Below, one piece after another: positions 1-8,007 of a stretch of DNA of 28,284 nt; the stretch's first letter is position 1, and each line of letters opens with the position of its first letter. The stretch covers positions 1 to 28,284 of the forward strand of contig JBDRWI010000028.1 of NCBI GenBank assembly GCA_039802265.1. Direction: 5' to 3'. The notes under the pieces are model-generated. The model saw nothing but the letters and a program-made list of their open reading frames with translations. It was not told the origin of the DNA and did not search any database. This stretch comes from a candidate division WOR-3 bacterium (lineage in GTDB: Bacteria; Hydrothermota; Tepidihabitantia; SM23-42; JAOAFX01). The translations under genes were made by a program, and so were the position numbers.

Positions 1-127
1 TAAAATAATAATAAAGCGATTAAAGCGGGGGATAAAACGATGGAGGTAATAAAAAAATGAGCGCTTCGCAAATGACGGAAAATGCGGTGTTTCGGAATTT
101 CCGAACACCCACTTCTTGATAAAGGAG

Positions 128-1354
128 TCAACTATGAAGAATTGGCGCGGGAATTGGAGGTAATTCAGGATGACGAATATCAGAGAAGGTAATTTTTCGG
201 GTAAGCAAGGTATAGAGGACACGCAGGAGTTTATTTGCTGTAGCAATTATGGCTTTTTTGGCTTTCATTCCTTGTTTCTTCTTTCGTTCATAGTAGATAC
301 GAAACATCTGGGTATAGAGGATAGTGCCGATGGTCATTTGGTAGATAGTTCGTCTGAGATGTCGGTTGCCCCGCTTAGAGATTCTGTATTGACCTTTGAA
401 TTTTCCGGATTCCTGAATGATTGGGTCTATTCCGCTGGCAGCGATGATTTTCTTGGGGCTATTCATAGTAGCAATAGTGGGAATCTCGGTGATGAAGTTA
501 GCTGCTGTAAGTTCACCAATTCCTGGGATAGATGTGATGATTTCCATTGCTTCAGAGTAGTTGGCCTTGGCTTTGTCAATGAACTTTGGTTTGAGCCGAG
601 CCAATTCTTCTTGCAGGTGGAAGAGTCTTTTGATGCAGCTTCTAAGGATTTCTTCCTGGTTTGGGTCATCGATGCTGATAGTGTTATGGATGATTTCCAT
701 GATTTCGCTGGTGGTAAATGGTATTTTTCGGCCCCTTCTGTGGGTGATTTTTCTGATTATGCTGGTGATTTCTGCTTCGGTCAATTCTTTAGCTCGACGT
801 GTGGAGGGGACTTCAAGGAGGAATTCAAGGATTGTCTGGGTGAGGATGTTGTATCTGTGTGCCAGTTCATTGAAGATATTGAAGGTGATTTGTTTGATTC
901 TGGTTTTGAGTTTAGCGATTTCTTGGGCGAGGATTTCGCATTCGCGTGCCAGGAGTTTTGTGGTATCGTCTTGGGTGTGGTTTATGATTTTAGTGGGGTT
1001 TTTGAGGAGGTAGAGGGCGATTATTTTTGCCGAGATTTTGTCGGTTTTGGTTTTTCTAAGGGTGTTGCTTTGGAGGAATTTTTTGGTAATCAAGGGGTTG
1101 ATGAGGGTAATGTTATAGGTTTTGGTCTTCAGGAAGTTGAGGATGTTGATGTGGTAGTTGCCTGTGGATTCGATGCCGATAGCGATTTTTTGGGGATTGC
1201 CGATGGTTTGGAGGAGGGTGAGGATTTCATTAAATCCTTCTTTGGTTTGTGGGAATCTTTTTTGATTGATGATGTTTTCCTCTGTATCAATAATACAGAG
1301 GTCCAGGGTATTAAGGGATGCATCTATGCCGATGAAGTATTTAAAGTTAGGCAT
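128..1354 (-). CDS. IS110-family transposase/recombinase (408 aa)
   Basis: Motifs FIGID, GIESTGNYH, KTD, SIPGIG, GIDP..QESG, ISKRGNRHLR and ANKLLR. SD GAAAGGAG lies 8 nt upstream. Confidence 0.95.
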   Translation of the reverse strand: MPNFKYFIGIDASLNTLDLCIIDTEENIINQKRFPQTKEGFNEILTLLQTIGNPQKIAIGIESTGNYHINILNFLKTKTYNITLINPLITKKFLQSNTLRKTKTDKISAKIIALYLLKNPTKIINHTQDDTTKLLARECEILAQEIAKLKTRIKQITFNIFNELAHRYNILTQTILEFLLEVPSTRRAKELTEAEITSIIRKITHRRGRKIPFTTSEIMEIIHNTISIDDPNQEEILRSCIKRLFHLQEELARLKPKFIDKAKANYSEAMEIITSIPGIGELTAANFITEIPTIATMNSPKKIIAASGIDPIIQESGKFKGQYRISKRGNRHLRRTIYQMTIGTILYTQMFRIYYERKKKQGMKAKKAIIATANKLLRVLYTLLTRKITFSDIRHPELPPIPAPILHS

Positions 1355-1591
1355 GGGTTAAGCTCCTTTCCCGCTGTTAGCGGATTAAAGATTGGAAACA
1401 GGATGCTTTCTCTTCCATCCTCCATGTTGATACGGGATCTATGTCCCAACCAACCTATAGGGAATGGAGAAAGCGGGGGACAGACTCCTTTACGGGCTCG
1501 TAGCCCCGGAGTTATGTCGTCCCCCTGTTTCCAATTCTTTGGTTCCATTGATTCATTAATCATAACTAAATTATATCCGAATTCAACATAG
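170..1591 (+). CDS. Antisense ORF spanning the IS (473 aa), possibly analogous to IS900 hed
   Basis: Stop-free across both the transposase, in codon register, and the non-coding region. GGAGG at 156-160 precedes the ATG, and the TAG overlaps the SD of the gene at 1600. No recognisable protein family. Confidence 0.35.
   Translation: MTNIREGNFSGKQGIEDTQEFICCSNYGFFGFHSLFLLSFIVDTKHLGIEDSADGHLVDSSSEMSVAPLRDSVLTFEFSGFLNDWVYSAGSDDFLGAIHSSNSGNLGDEVSCCKFTNSWDRCDDFHCFRVVGLGFVNELWFEPSQFFLQVEESFDAASKDFFLVWVIDADSVMDDFHDFAGGKWYFSAPSVGDFSDYAGDFCFGQFFSSTCGGDFKEEFKDCLGEDVVSVCQFIEDIEGDLFDSGFEFSDFLGEDFAFACQEFCGIVLGVVYDFSGVFEEVEGDYFCRDFVGFGFSKGVALEEFFGNQGVDEGNVIGFGLQEVEDVDVVVACGFDADSDFLGIADGLEEGEDFIKSFFGLWESFLIDDVFLCINNTEVQGIKGCIYADEVFKVRHGLSSFPAVSGLKIGNRMLSLPSSMLIRDLCPNQPIGNGESGGQTPLRARSPGVMSSPCFQFFGSIDSLIITKLYPNST
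1360..1563 (-). ncRNA. IS110 bridge RNA with target-binding and donor-binding loops
   Basis: Closing stem 1387-1402/1524-1540. Target loop: stem 1475-1481/1519-1525, guides 1508-1516 (identical to 1594-1602) and 1485-1492 (reverse complement of 120-127). Donor loop: stem 1411-1420/1461-1470, guide 1424-1430 (reverse complement of 1583-1589). RNA ends are approximate. Confidence 0.8.
1570..1575 (-). promoter_or_regulatory. -10 box (TATAAT) of the circle-junction promoter for the bridge RNA and transposase
   Basis: Joining the IS ends at AGGAG gives TTGACT (131-126)-N17-TATAAT. Confidence 0.7.
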
Positions 1592-1599
1592 GAGGAGTT

Positions 1600-3804
1600 A
1601 TGGTTAAGTTTTTTCTTTCCCTGGTTCTTTTATGCGCCATTGGCTGGGCACAGAGCGGGCAGGTGATTCTCCCCAAACCCGCCAATACGGATAACAAAAT
1701 CTGCTGTGGCCGGCCGGTAAAGCCCTCAGAGGTAAGACCGGAAAAGATTGAAACCGAGCCAGGACCTCAACAGAAGTTGAGCGAGGGCTGGGCACTTGTG
1801 ATAATAAAGGCAGAAGACCCCCTGACAATGAATGCCATATTGGATAGATTACAGAAGAATGGAGTTAATACCAATGGTCTGCGCTGGCCACCCCATTGTG
1901 CCTTAATCAGGGCAACAAAAGAGGATGAGACAAAGATTCTCCAAACCGAAGGGATTGAAGCAATATATTTTGAACCGGTGAAGCCCGAAGACATACCATA
2001 TAAAGACGATCTGACCAATACCGCAATAAATTACTGGAATAGACTGCTCAGCGGTGAATTTGATGAGAGCATCCCGGTTCCCGGTCTTGAGCCACCCAAG
2101 AATGATATGCTCATTCCACCTCAGAATTACCGGTATCAATCAGATTATATGTTTGGTACTGTTGCCACCTGCATCTTCTTTCCGGAAAGCAATGGCTCAA
2201 TTGACCCGAATCTGGAGAACTGGACAACCACACTCCGGGATAATGTTATCAATGAAGTCTCCGCTGGACTTCAACGCTGGGTTACCTGGGCAAGCAATGA
2301 GGTCCCTTCAATCAGTCTGAGTTTTTCGCTTTATTACTATGACTACACCCAACTCCCAACTGGCTATGAACCGATATCCCGGCCACAATCTGACGAAGGT
2401 CTATGGATAAACGATTGTATGAATGCCATCGGTGCGCCCGCCGGCAGTTATTTTAGCCGGGTAAGCTGGTTTAATGATTGGTTGCGCAGCAATTACGGAA
2501 CCGATTGGGCACATTCAATCTTTGTTGCCAATTCATTAAATGATCCCGACGGTTGCTTTGCAGATGGTTACTCTGCCTATGCTTATCTTGGTGGGCCATT
2601 TCTGGTGATGACCTATGACAATGATGGCTATGGTATCGGTAATATGGACTGGGTGTGTGCCCATGAGACCGGTCATAACTTCTATGCCTTTGATGAATAT
2701 TCTTCTTCGGGTTGTACCTGCACTCAATCCCATAATGGCTACGAGAATCAAAACTGTGCCAATAATTGTGCTACAAATAATACCTGTGTAATGAGAAACG
2801 CCCTTGAGACACCGGTAGAGTATTATTCAAAGGGCCATATCGGTTGGGATCCGGGAGTCTATACATTAAGTGATGACGTAACCCAGTCACTGGGTTATCC
2901 TTATCCCAAGGCGCGGAAATATCAATACAATCAATCAGTGGTCTACTGGGCAGCAACGGGTGTCCGTCCTAATTCAGGTTCCGACTGGGATATAAGGCTA
3001 TATTCGGACACCGGATTTGGCACTCAACTGGCATATTCGGCCTACGGGGGCACGGCTGTTGACTTTGTTGTCGCAGACTACAATCATTCGCCAACCGGTG
3101 TGGATGCAATCTATGTCTCACGCTATTCAGGGACGAGCGGGGCAACCGTTGAATATGAAGATGGGACCGAGTCGTTCTCTTATCCAAACTCTTATTCAAC
3201 AACCTGGGATGCAGGTGATGTGGTTGAAATCTTTGACTATTATGTTGGAAGTGCACCGATCAATCTTAACTTCAAACTTGATATCACCTCGGGTAGTGCT
3301 GATCTGGGATTTGGTCTTTTCAAATCTAATGGTTCTTCTTATTATGCCGGCAGGTCAGGTATGGTGGCCTATGCGGATGCCAATGGTGCCGGTGGTGATG
3401 AGACATTCGACTATAATGTCACGGCAAATGACTGGTATGGTATTATTGTCTGGGCAAATAATACCGCGTCAGCCAGTTATACCCTGATTATAGGTCAGGT
3501 GGAAATTGCAGAACAGAGTGAAATGGGAATTGAACGAGAACCCAAGCTCGTTGTCAAGCCAAATCCCTGCAAGGAAAATCCACTTATCAGATGGAATTTA
3601 ATTTCGTCCAATAAAGTTCCAAGTTTAAGGATATTTGATACTACAGGGAAGTTGATAAAGGAATTTAAGATTAGAGAAAGTAGAGCAAAATCGGTATGGG
3701 ACCTTAAAGATAAATATGGGAAAAGGGTTTCCGATGGTATCTACTTCGTCTGTCTTGAAGATGGTGGGGAGAGAACAATTGAGAAGTTGATAGTTGTGAA
3801 ATAA
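1600..3804 (+). CDS. Secreted zinc metalloprotease with beta-sandwich domains and a T9SS-type C-terminal sorting domain
   Basis: Signal peptide, HETGHNFYAFDEY zinc motif and a downstream CVM Met-turn. C-terminal domain reads KPNP...IFDTTGKLIK...WDLKD...GIYFV...KLIVVK. Confidence 0.8.
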   Translation: MVKFFLSLVLLCAIGWAQSGQVILPKPANTDNKICCGRPVKPSEVRPEKIETEPGPQQKLSEGWALVIIKAEDPLTMNAILDRLQKNGVNTNGLRWPPHCALIRATKEDETKILQTEGIEAIYFEPVKPEDIPYKDDLTNTAINYWNRLLSGEFDESIPVPGLEPPKNDMLIPPQNYRYQSDYMFGTVATCIFFPESNGSIDPNLENWTTTLRDNVINEVSAGLQRWVTWASNEVPSISLSFSLYYYDYTQLPTGYEPISRPQSDEGLWINDCMNAIGAPAGSYFSRVSWFNDWLRSNYGTDWAHSIFVANSLNDPDGCFADGYSAYAYLGGPFLVMTYDNDGYGIGNMDWVCAHETGHNFYAFDEYSSSGCTCTQSHNGYENQNCANNCATNNTCVMRNALETPVEYYSKGHIGWDPGVYTLSDDVTQSLGYPYPKARKYQYNQSVVYWAATGVRPNSGSDWDIRLYSDTGFGTQLAYSAYGGTAVDFVVADYNHSPTGVDAIYVSRYSGTSGATVEYEDGTESFSYPNSYSTTWDAGDVVEIFDYYVGSAPINLNFKLDITSGSADLGFGLFKSNGSSYYAGRSGMVAYADANGAGGDETFDYNVTANDWYGIIVWANNTASASYTLIIGQVEIAEQSEMGIEREPKLVVKPNPCKENPLIRWNLISSNKVPSLRIFDTTGKLIKEFKIRESRAKSVWDLKDKYGKRVSDGIYFVCLEDGGERTIEKLIVVK

Positions 3805-3831
3805 AAAGAGTAGTCTTGATTATAACTCAGT

Positions 3832-3867
3832 ATCCCTCACTTTCTGAGAGTGAGGGATGATTTTTTT
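3832..3867 (+). terminator. Intrinsic terminator
   Basis: ATCCCTCACT/AGTGAGGGAT stem followed by a T7 run. Confidence 0.8.
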
Positions 3868-3868
3868 C

Positions 3869-3896
3869 TTGACATACTTTGCAATTTATGTATGAT
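3869..3896 (+). promoter_or_regulatory. Sigma70-like promoter of tRNA-Leu
   Basis: TTGACA-N16-TATGAT. Confidence 0.75.
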
Positions 3897-3912
3897 TATC
3901 GTGCATTACCCT

Positions 3913-3996
3913 GCCGGGGTGGCGGAACTGGGAGACGCACCAGGTTCAGGACCTGGCGCTGGCAACAGCATAGGGGTTCAAATCCCCTCTCCGGCA
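3913..3996 (+). tRNA. tRNA-Leu(CAG)
   Basis: Acceptor GCCGGGG/CTCCGGC, anticodon arm CCAGG-TTCAGGA-CCTGG, long variable arm, T loop TTCAAAT. CCA is not encoded. Confidence 0.95.
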
Positions 3997-4038
3997 TCAT
4001 AAAAATGCCGTAAACTTTGAAATGCCTAAACACCTGAA

Positions 4039-5439
4039 ATGATAAAAAAAATTGAGCAAATCGTCTTTATCGGCTTGGTAATTTATACAATATTCTATTT
4101 TGTTGAATCTTTTATTATCATTACTTATCCATACCAGATTTCATATCCTGAAGGGTTTATTCTTAATCAGTCCTTCATTATCAGTCAGGGGCTTCCAATT
4201 TACAAAGATATCTCTGAATATCCGTATCTGGTTGTTAACTATCCACCGATCTATCCCTTTTTGTGTGCCATCTTTGTAAAACTATTCGGTATATCTTTTA
4301 TCTGGGGCCGACTCATCACCTTCATCTCCTCAATCCTTGTTGGTTTTTTAATTTATAAATTCCTGCAACGCGAGACATCAAAAACTATTGCAATAATTTC
4401 TGCTTTACTCTTTATTTCATCTTCATACATTTATAAAAATAATCCACTCTGCCGAGTTGATATGTTGGGTCTTTTCTTCAGTCTCTGCGGGCTATATCTC
4501 TTTTTAAAGAGCAACAATATAGGGCTGCCTATTCTGTTTTTCCTTTTTGGTTTATATACCAAACCGACCTTTATTTCCGCACCGCTGGCAGTTGCGGTCT
4601 TTCTTTTTTTGAACAACAAAAAGAGGGCTCTTTCGTTCACTGCGCTTATGGTCTTTTTTTATTTAATCATCTTTTTCTTTCTCAATCATCTGACCCACGG
4701 TGAGTTCTACAAACATAATTTCGTGTATAACCTCAACACATTTATCTTCAAGCAGGCATTGAAACATTACATCTGGATGCTCCAGAATCACGCAATACTA
4801 ATTCTCTTTTCTTTGCTGTATGTATTTTATTCATCTTCGGGCAAAAAGCCACCAGTTTTGGTGATCTATTTTATCATCTCCAGTATCGTTGCCCTCTCCG
4901 TTGGCAAAATCGGGGCAAATATGAATTATTTCTTTGAGATGATTGCCTTATCCTGTATACTTACAGGCCTTGGCCTGGGAAAATTACGGTCTGAAATTAA
5001 CGAAAGGGCATACAATTATCTAAGTCTGGGTGCGCTCTCTTTCCAGTTAATTCTCTTTGCACATATGCCCTATCTGACTGAGCCCACCGCGACGAAACTA
5101 TCTCGGAGGGTAGCTGAACAGGTTTCTGAAATTGTAGCAAATACCGATGGTGAAATAATCAGTGAAGATGCAGGATTGTTAATAAAAAACAAAAAAAACA
5201 TTCTATTCCAACCCTTTGAAATTACACAACTTGCCAATCAAAAAATCTGGGACCAGACCCAATTCATCAATGATATAAAAAACAGACGCTTTTCATTGAT
5301 TATCCTTTTTTTCGATGTTGATTGCTGGGTTGATGAGGAGCGACTGACCTCTGAAATGGTTGAGGCAATCCGTGCACATTACTCTGTAAGCAGAAAAATA
5401 GGTGAGTATTATCTATATCAACCGATTCATTACCAATAA
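4039..5439 (+). CDS. Polytopic membrane glycosyltransferase, GT-C fold (ArnT/PMT/GT39-like)
   Basis: Many hydrophobic segments, with YPEG, NYPPIYP, GRLIT, RVDM and TKP motifs. Confidence 0.7.
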   Translation: MIKKIEQIVFIGLVIYTIFYFVESFIIITYPYQISYPEGFILNQSFIISQGLPIYKDISEYPYLVVNYPPIYPFLCAIFVKLFGISFIWGRLITFISSILVGFLIYKFLQRETSKTIAIISALLFISSSYIYKNNPLCRVDMLGLFFSLCGLYLFLKSNNIGLPILFFLFGLYTKPTFISAPLAVAVFLFLNNKKRALSFTALMVFFYLIIFFFLNHLTHGEFYKHNFVYNLNTFIFKQALKHYIWMLQNHAILILFSLLYVFYSSSGKKPPVLVIYFIISSIVALSVGKIGANMNYFFEMIALSCILTGLGLGKLRSEINERAYNYLSLGALSFQLILFAHMPYLTEPTATKLSRRVAEQVSEIVANTDGEIISEDAGLLIKNKKNILFQPFEITQLANQKIWDQTQFINDIKNRRFSLIILFFDVDCWVDEERLTSEMVEAIRAHYSVSRKIGEYYLYQPIHYQ

Positions 5440-5505
5440 ATTATCCCCCAATTGGCAGGTTATCTTCCAGGTGGGGAGGAATTATTTTTTACTTCAACTG
5501 TGTGA

Positions 5506-5533
5506 TTGACTTTTTTCGCTAAATATATATATT
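5506..5533 (+). promoter_or_regulatory. Sigma70-like promoter of the tRNA-Thr/Tyr-yggS unit
   Basis: TTGACT-N16-TATATT. TATTAT at an 18-nt spacer is an alternative reading. Confidence 0.6.
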
Positions 5534-5543
5534 ATGTCCATCT

Positions 5544-5615
5544 GCCGACATAGCTCAGGGGTAGAGCAATGGTTTTGTAAACCATAGGTCGGGGGTTCAA
5601 ATCCCTCTGTCGGCT
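5544..5615 (+). tRNA. tRNA-Thr(TGT)
   Basis: Acceptor GCCGACA/TGTCGGC and anticodon arm ATGGT-TTTGTAA-ACCAT. CCA is not encoded. Confidence 0.95.
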
Positions 5616-5618
5616 CTT

Positions 5619-5701
5619 GGGCAGGTACCCAAGCGGACAACGGGGGCAGACTGTAAATCTGCTGGCGCAAGCCTTCGGAGGTTCGAATCCTTCCCTGCCC
5701 A
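5619..5701 (+). tRNA. tRNA-Tyr(GTA)
   Basis: Acceptor GGGCAGG/CCTGCCC, anticodon arm GCAGA-CTGTAAA-TCTGC, long variable arm. CCA is not encoded. Confidence 0.95.
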
Positions 5702-5708
5702 TATAATA

Positions 5709-6383
5709 ATGATTTCGGATAATATATTAAAATTAAAAGAGCGAATCAAAATTGCCGCCGAGAGAGCAGGCCGAGATCCTGAAGAGATTTCAATTGTCGC
5801 AGTAACGAAGACCGTTCCCCCCGAAAAGATTGAAGAGGCGATAAAGGCGGGTATTAAGATTATTGGGGAAAATCGGGTGCAGGAGGCGAAGGAGAAGTTT
5901 GCAATAATCGGTAACAGAGTCCAGTGGCATCTGGTTGGCCATCTGCAGACCAATAAGGTAAGGGATGCCTTAAAAATCTTTTCTCTAATCCATAGCCTTG
6001 ATTCATTTAAACTCGCCTTGGAGATTGAAAAAAGGGCAGAAAGGCCGGTTGATTGTCTAATAGAAGTCAATACCTCAAAAGAACCGACAAAATTCGGGAT
6101 TCAGCCCGGTGAGGTCTTTGATTTTTATGAATCTATTAAAAATCTCAAGAAGATAAGGGTCTTAGGGCTGATGACCATCGGTCCGGGCTGGGCATTACAG
6201 GACCCCGAGGCATCAAGACCCTGTTTTAAAACCTTACATGACCTGCGGGATGAATTGAGTCAGGCGTATGACCAGGAATTTCCAATCCTTTCAATGGGTA
6301 TGACTTCGGACTTTGAAGTTGCGATTGAAGAAGGGTCAAATATGATTCGGGTGGGCACTGCAATCTTTGGACCAAGGAGTTAG
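5709..6383 (+). CDS. yggS: Pyridoxal phosphate homeostasis protein (YggS/PROSC family)
   Basis: VAVTK, GENRVQE, WHLVGHLQTNK, LSMGMT and RVGTAIFG motifs. Confidence 0.95.
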   Translation: MISDNILKLKERIKIAAERAGRDPEEISIVAVTKTVPPEKIEEAIKAGIKIIGENRVQEAKEKFAIIGNRVQWHLVGHLQTNKVRDALKIFSLIHSLDSFKLALEIEKRAERPVDCLIEVNTSKEPTKFGIQPGEVFDFYESIKNLKKIRVLGLMTIGPGWALQDPEASRPCFKTLHDLRDELSQAYDQEFPILSMGMTSDFEVAIEEGSNMIRVGTAIFGPRS

Positions 6384-6384
6384 A

Positions 6385-7872
6385 ATGACACAATACGAAC
6401 CCGAGGGAATTGAAGACATAAAAAGATTGAATGTCTGGCGACGCTACCAGAGTACCCTCTCATTTATCCTCTATGTAGCGGTAAAAAAATTGTTCCCCCA
6501 ATCAAGGCTGCGCATTGAGCATTCTATAAGTCAGGGTTTCTACTGCTTTTTGGAGCACCGACTTGCAGAAAGAGAACTAAGAGCGCTTGAGAATGTGATG
6601 AGGGGAATTATAAAGCAGGCAAATCCCATAGAGAGATTGGTGGTTTCAAAAGACGAGGCGCTAAAACTCTTTCACCGGGAGGGCTTAAGGGACAAGATAA
6701 CCCTTTTAAGAAATATTGAAGCTAAGAAGATAATCGTCTACCGGCTCCTTGGTCATTACAATACATTTCTTGTTCCACCATTTGATTCCACCGTTAAAGC
6801 ACCGCTTTTCTCCCTAAGGGATTTTCCACCCGGATTTGTTATTTTATTTCCCCACTGGAACAACCTTAAGAAATTACCTGAATTTGTACTCCAGTCGCGT
6901 CTGGCAAGGATATTTTATGAATACTTAGAATGGGTAAAGGTATTGGGAATAACAGATGTTGGGGAGTTGAACAATGCAATAAAAAAGGGGCGTGGCTCCG
7001 AAATTATTCAGGTCTCCGAGGCACTCCACGAGAAGAAGATTGTCTATATCGCTGATAGAATTACCAATGAAAAGAGAAAGATCATCTTGATTGCCGGTCC
7101 AAGCAGTGCGGGCAAGACGACCTTTACCAAGAGACTTGCAGTGCAACTTCTGGTAAATGGTCTGCGCCCCCTCATCATTTCGGCGGATGACTATTTCTTC
7201 TCCCACAATCAAACACCAAGGGACGCCCGGGGCCGGCTCGATTTTGAGTCAATCAAGGCCGTAGATATTGAAAAACTCAATAGTGATATGCTTGCTATAA
7301 CTGAAGGTAAACGGGTCATTCTGCCGAAGTTCAATTTCAAAACCGGTACCCGGGAAAAAGGTCCGGTCGTCCGCCTACCACCGCACGGTGTAGTGCTTAT
7401 TGAAGGTATCCACTGCCTGAATGATGAATTGACCTACAAAATACCCATATTCATAAAATTCAAAATTTACATCAGTGCCCTTACCCAGCTGAATATTGAT
7501 GACCACAATCGCATCTCCACGACCGACACCCGGATGCTGAGGAGGATTGTGCGCGATACCCACTATCGGGGTTATGATGTCGGAGGTGTCTTATGCCGGT
7601 GGGGAAGTGTCCGGAGTGGTGAAGAACGGAATATCTATCCCTTTCAGGAACAGGCTGATGAGATGTTCAATTCGGCGTTACTTTATGAACTGGCGGTCCT
7701 GAAAAGATATTGTGTGCCGATTTTGAAGAGAATAAAGAAGGGCGAACCTTTATATGAAGAAGCAGAAAGGCTATTAGACCTTTTAAGCCTCTTTAAAGAG
7801 ATGAACGACCGCGATGTTCCCTCAAACTCTATTCTTAGAGAATTTATTGGTGGTAGTTCATTCGTTTATTGA
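6385..7872 (+). CDS. Uridine kinase/phosphoribulokinase-family protein with an N-terminal threonyl-tRNA-synthetase-like domain
   Basis: P-loop AGPSSAGKTT, DDYF, EGIH, RRIVRD and terminal LREFIGGS. The ATG at 6385 follows AAGGAG. Confidence 0.85.
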   Translation: MTQYEPEGIEDIKRLNVWRRYQSTLSFILYVAVKKLFPQSRLRIEHSISQGFYCFLEHRLAERELRALENVMRGIIKQANPIERLVVSKDEALKLFHREGLRDKITLLRNIEAKKIIVYRLLGHYNTFLVPPFDSTVKAPLFSLRDFPPGFVILFPHWNNLKKLPEFVLQSRLARIFYEYLEWVKVLGITDVGELNNAIKKGRGSEIIQVSEALHEKKIVYIADRITNEKRKIILIAGPSSAGKTTFTKRLAVQLLVNGLRPLIISADDYFFSHNQTPRDARGRLDFESIKAVDIEKLNSDMLAITEGKRVILPKFNFKTGTREKGPVVRLPPHGVVLIEGIHCLNDELTYKIPIFIKFKIYISALTQLNIDDHNRISTTDTRMLRRIVRDTHYRGYDVGGVLCRWGSVRSGEERNIYPFQEQADEMFNSALLYELAVLKRYCVPILKRIKKGEPLYEEAERLLDLLSLFKEMNDRDVPSNSILREFIGGSSFVY

Positions 7873-7896
7873 CTTAATCAGGATTTTTTATATAAT
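7869..7896 (+). promoter_or_regulatory. Sigma70-like promoter of the citrate-to-2-oxoglutarate operon
   Basis: TTGACT-N16-TATAAT. Confidence 0.75.
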
Positions 7897-8007
7897 AAAA
7901 GGGGGCCTTTCATTTTTGTGGAGGAATGGCTCCTCATAAGCGTAAATTGCTCTATCTTATCCTAATCCCTGAGCAGGTTCAGGGGATAACAAGGAGCTGG
8001 AGGTTCT

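Larger units (their letters stand above)
123..1594 (-). mobile_element. IS110-family insertion sequence inserted antisense into a host Shine-Dalgarno sequence
   Basis: Contains a DEDD/Tnp20 transposase plus about 235 nt of upstream non-coding DNA. AGGAG is present at both ends (123-127 and 1590-1594) and no terminal inverted repeats are seen. The reconstructed empty site GATAAAGGAGGAGTTATG is one base from the native RBS at 16554-16571. Confidence 0.85.

Noticed and set aside
57..119. 20-codon ORF with SD and an internal hairpin (86-109) upstream of the IS
   Set aside because: Too short and too close to the window edge to support a call.
1593..1598. Alternative IS boundary using the AGGAGT match
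   Set aside because: It gives an empty site with only 2 nt between SD and ATG, a 20-nt junction promoter spacer, and a poorer fit to the guides.
3913..3996. tRNA-Sec, because TTCA occurs in the anticodon loop and the variable arm is long
   Set aside because: The 7-nt loop TTCAGGA centres on CAG, and the 7-bp acceptor stem and A discriminator fit tRNA-Leu.
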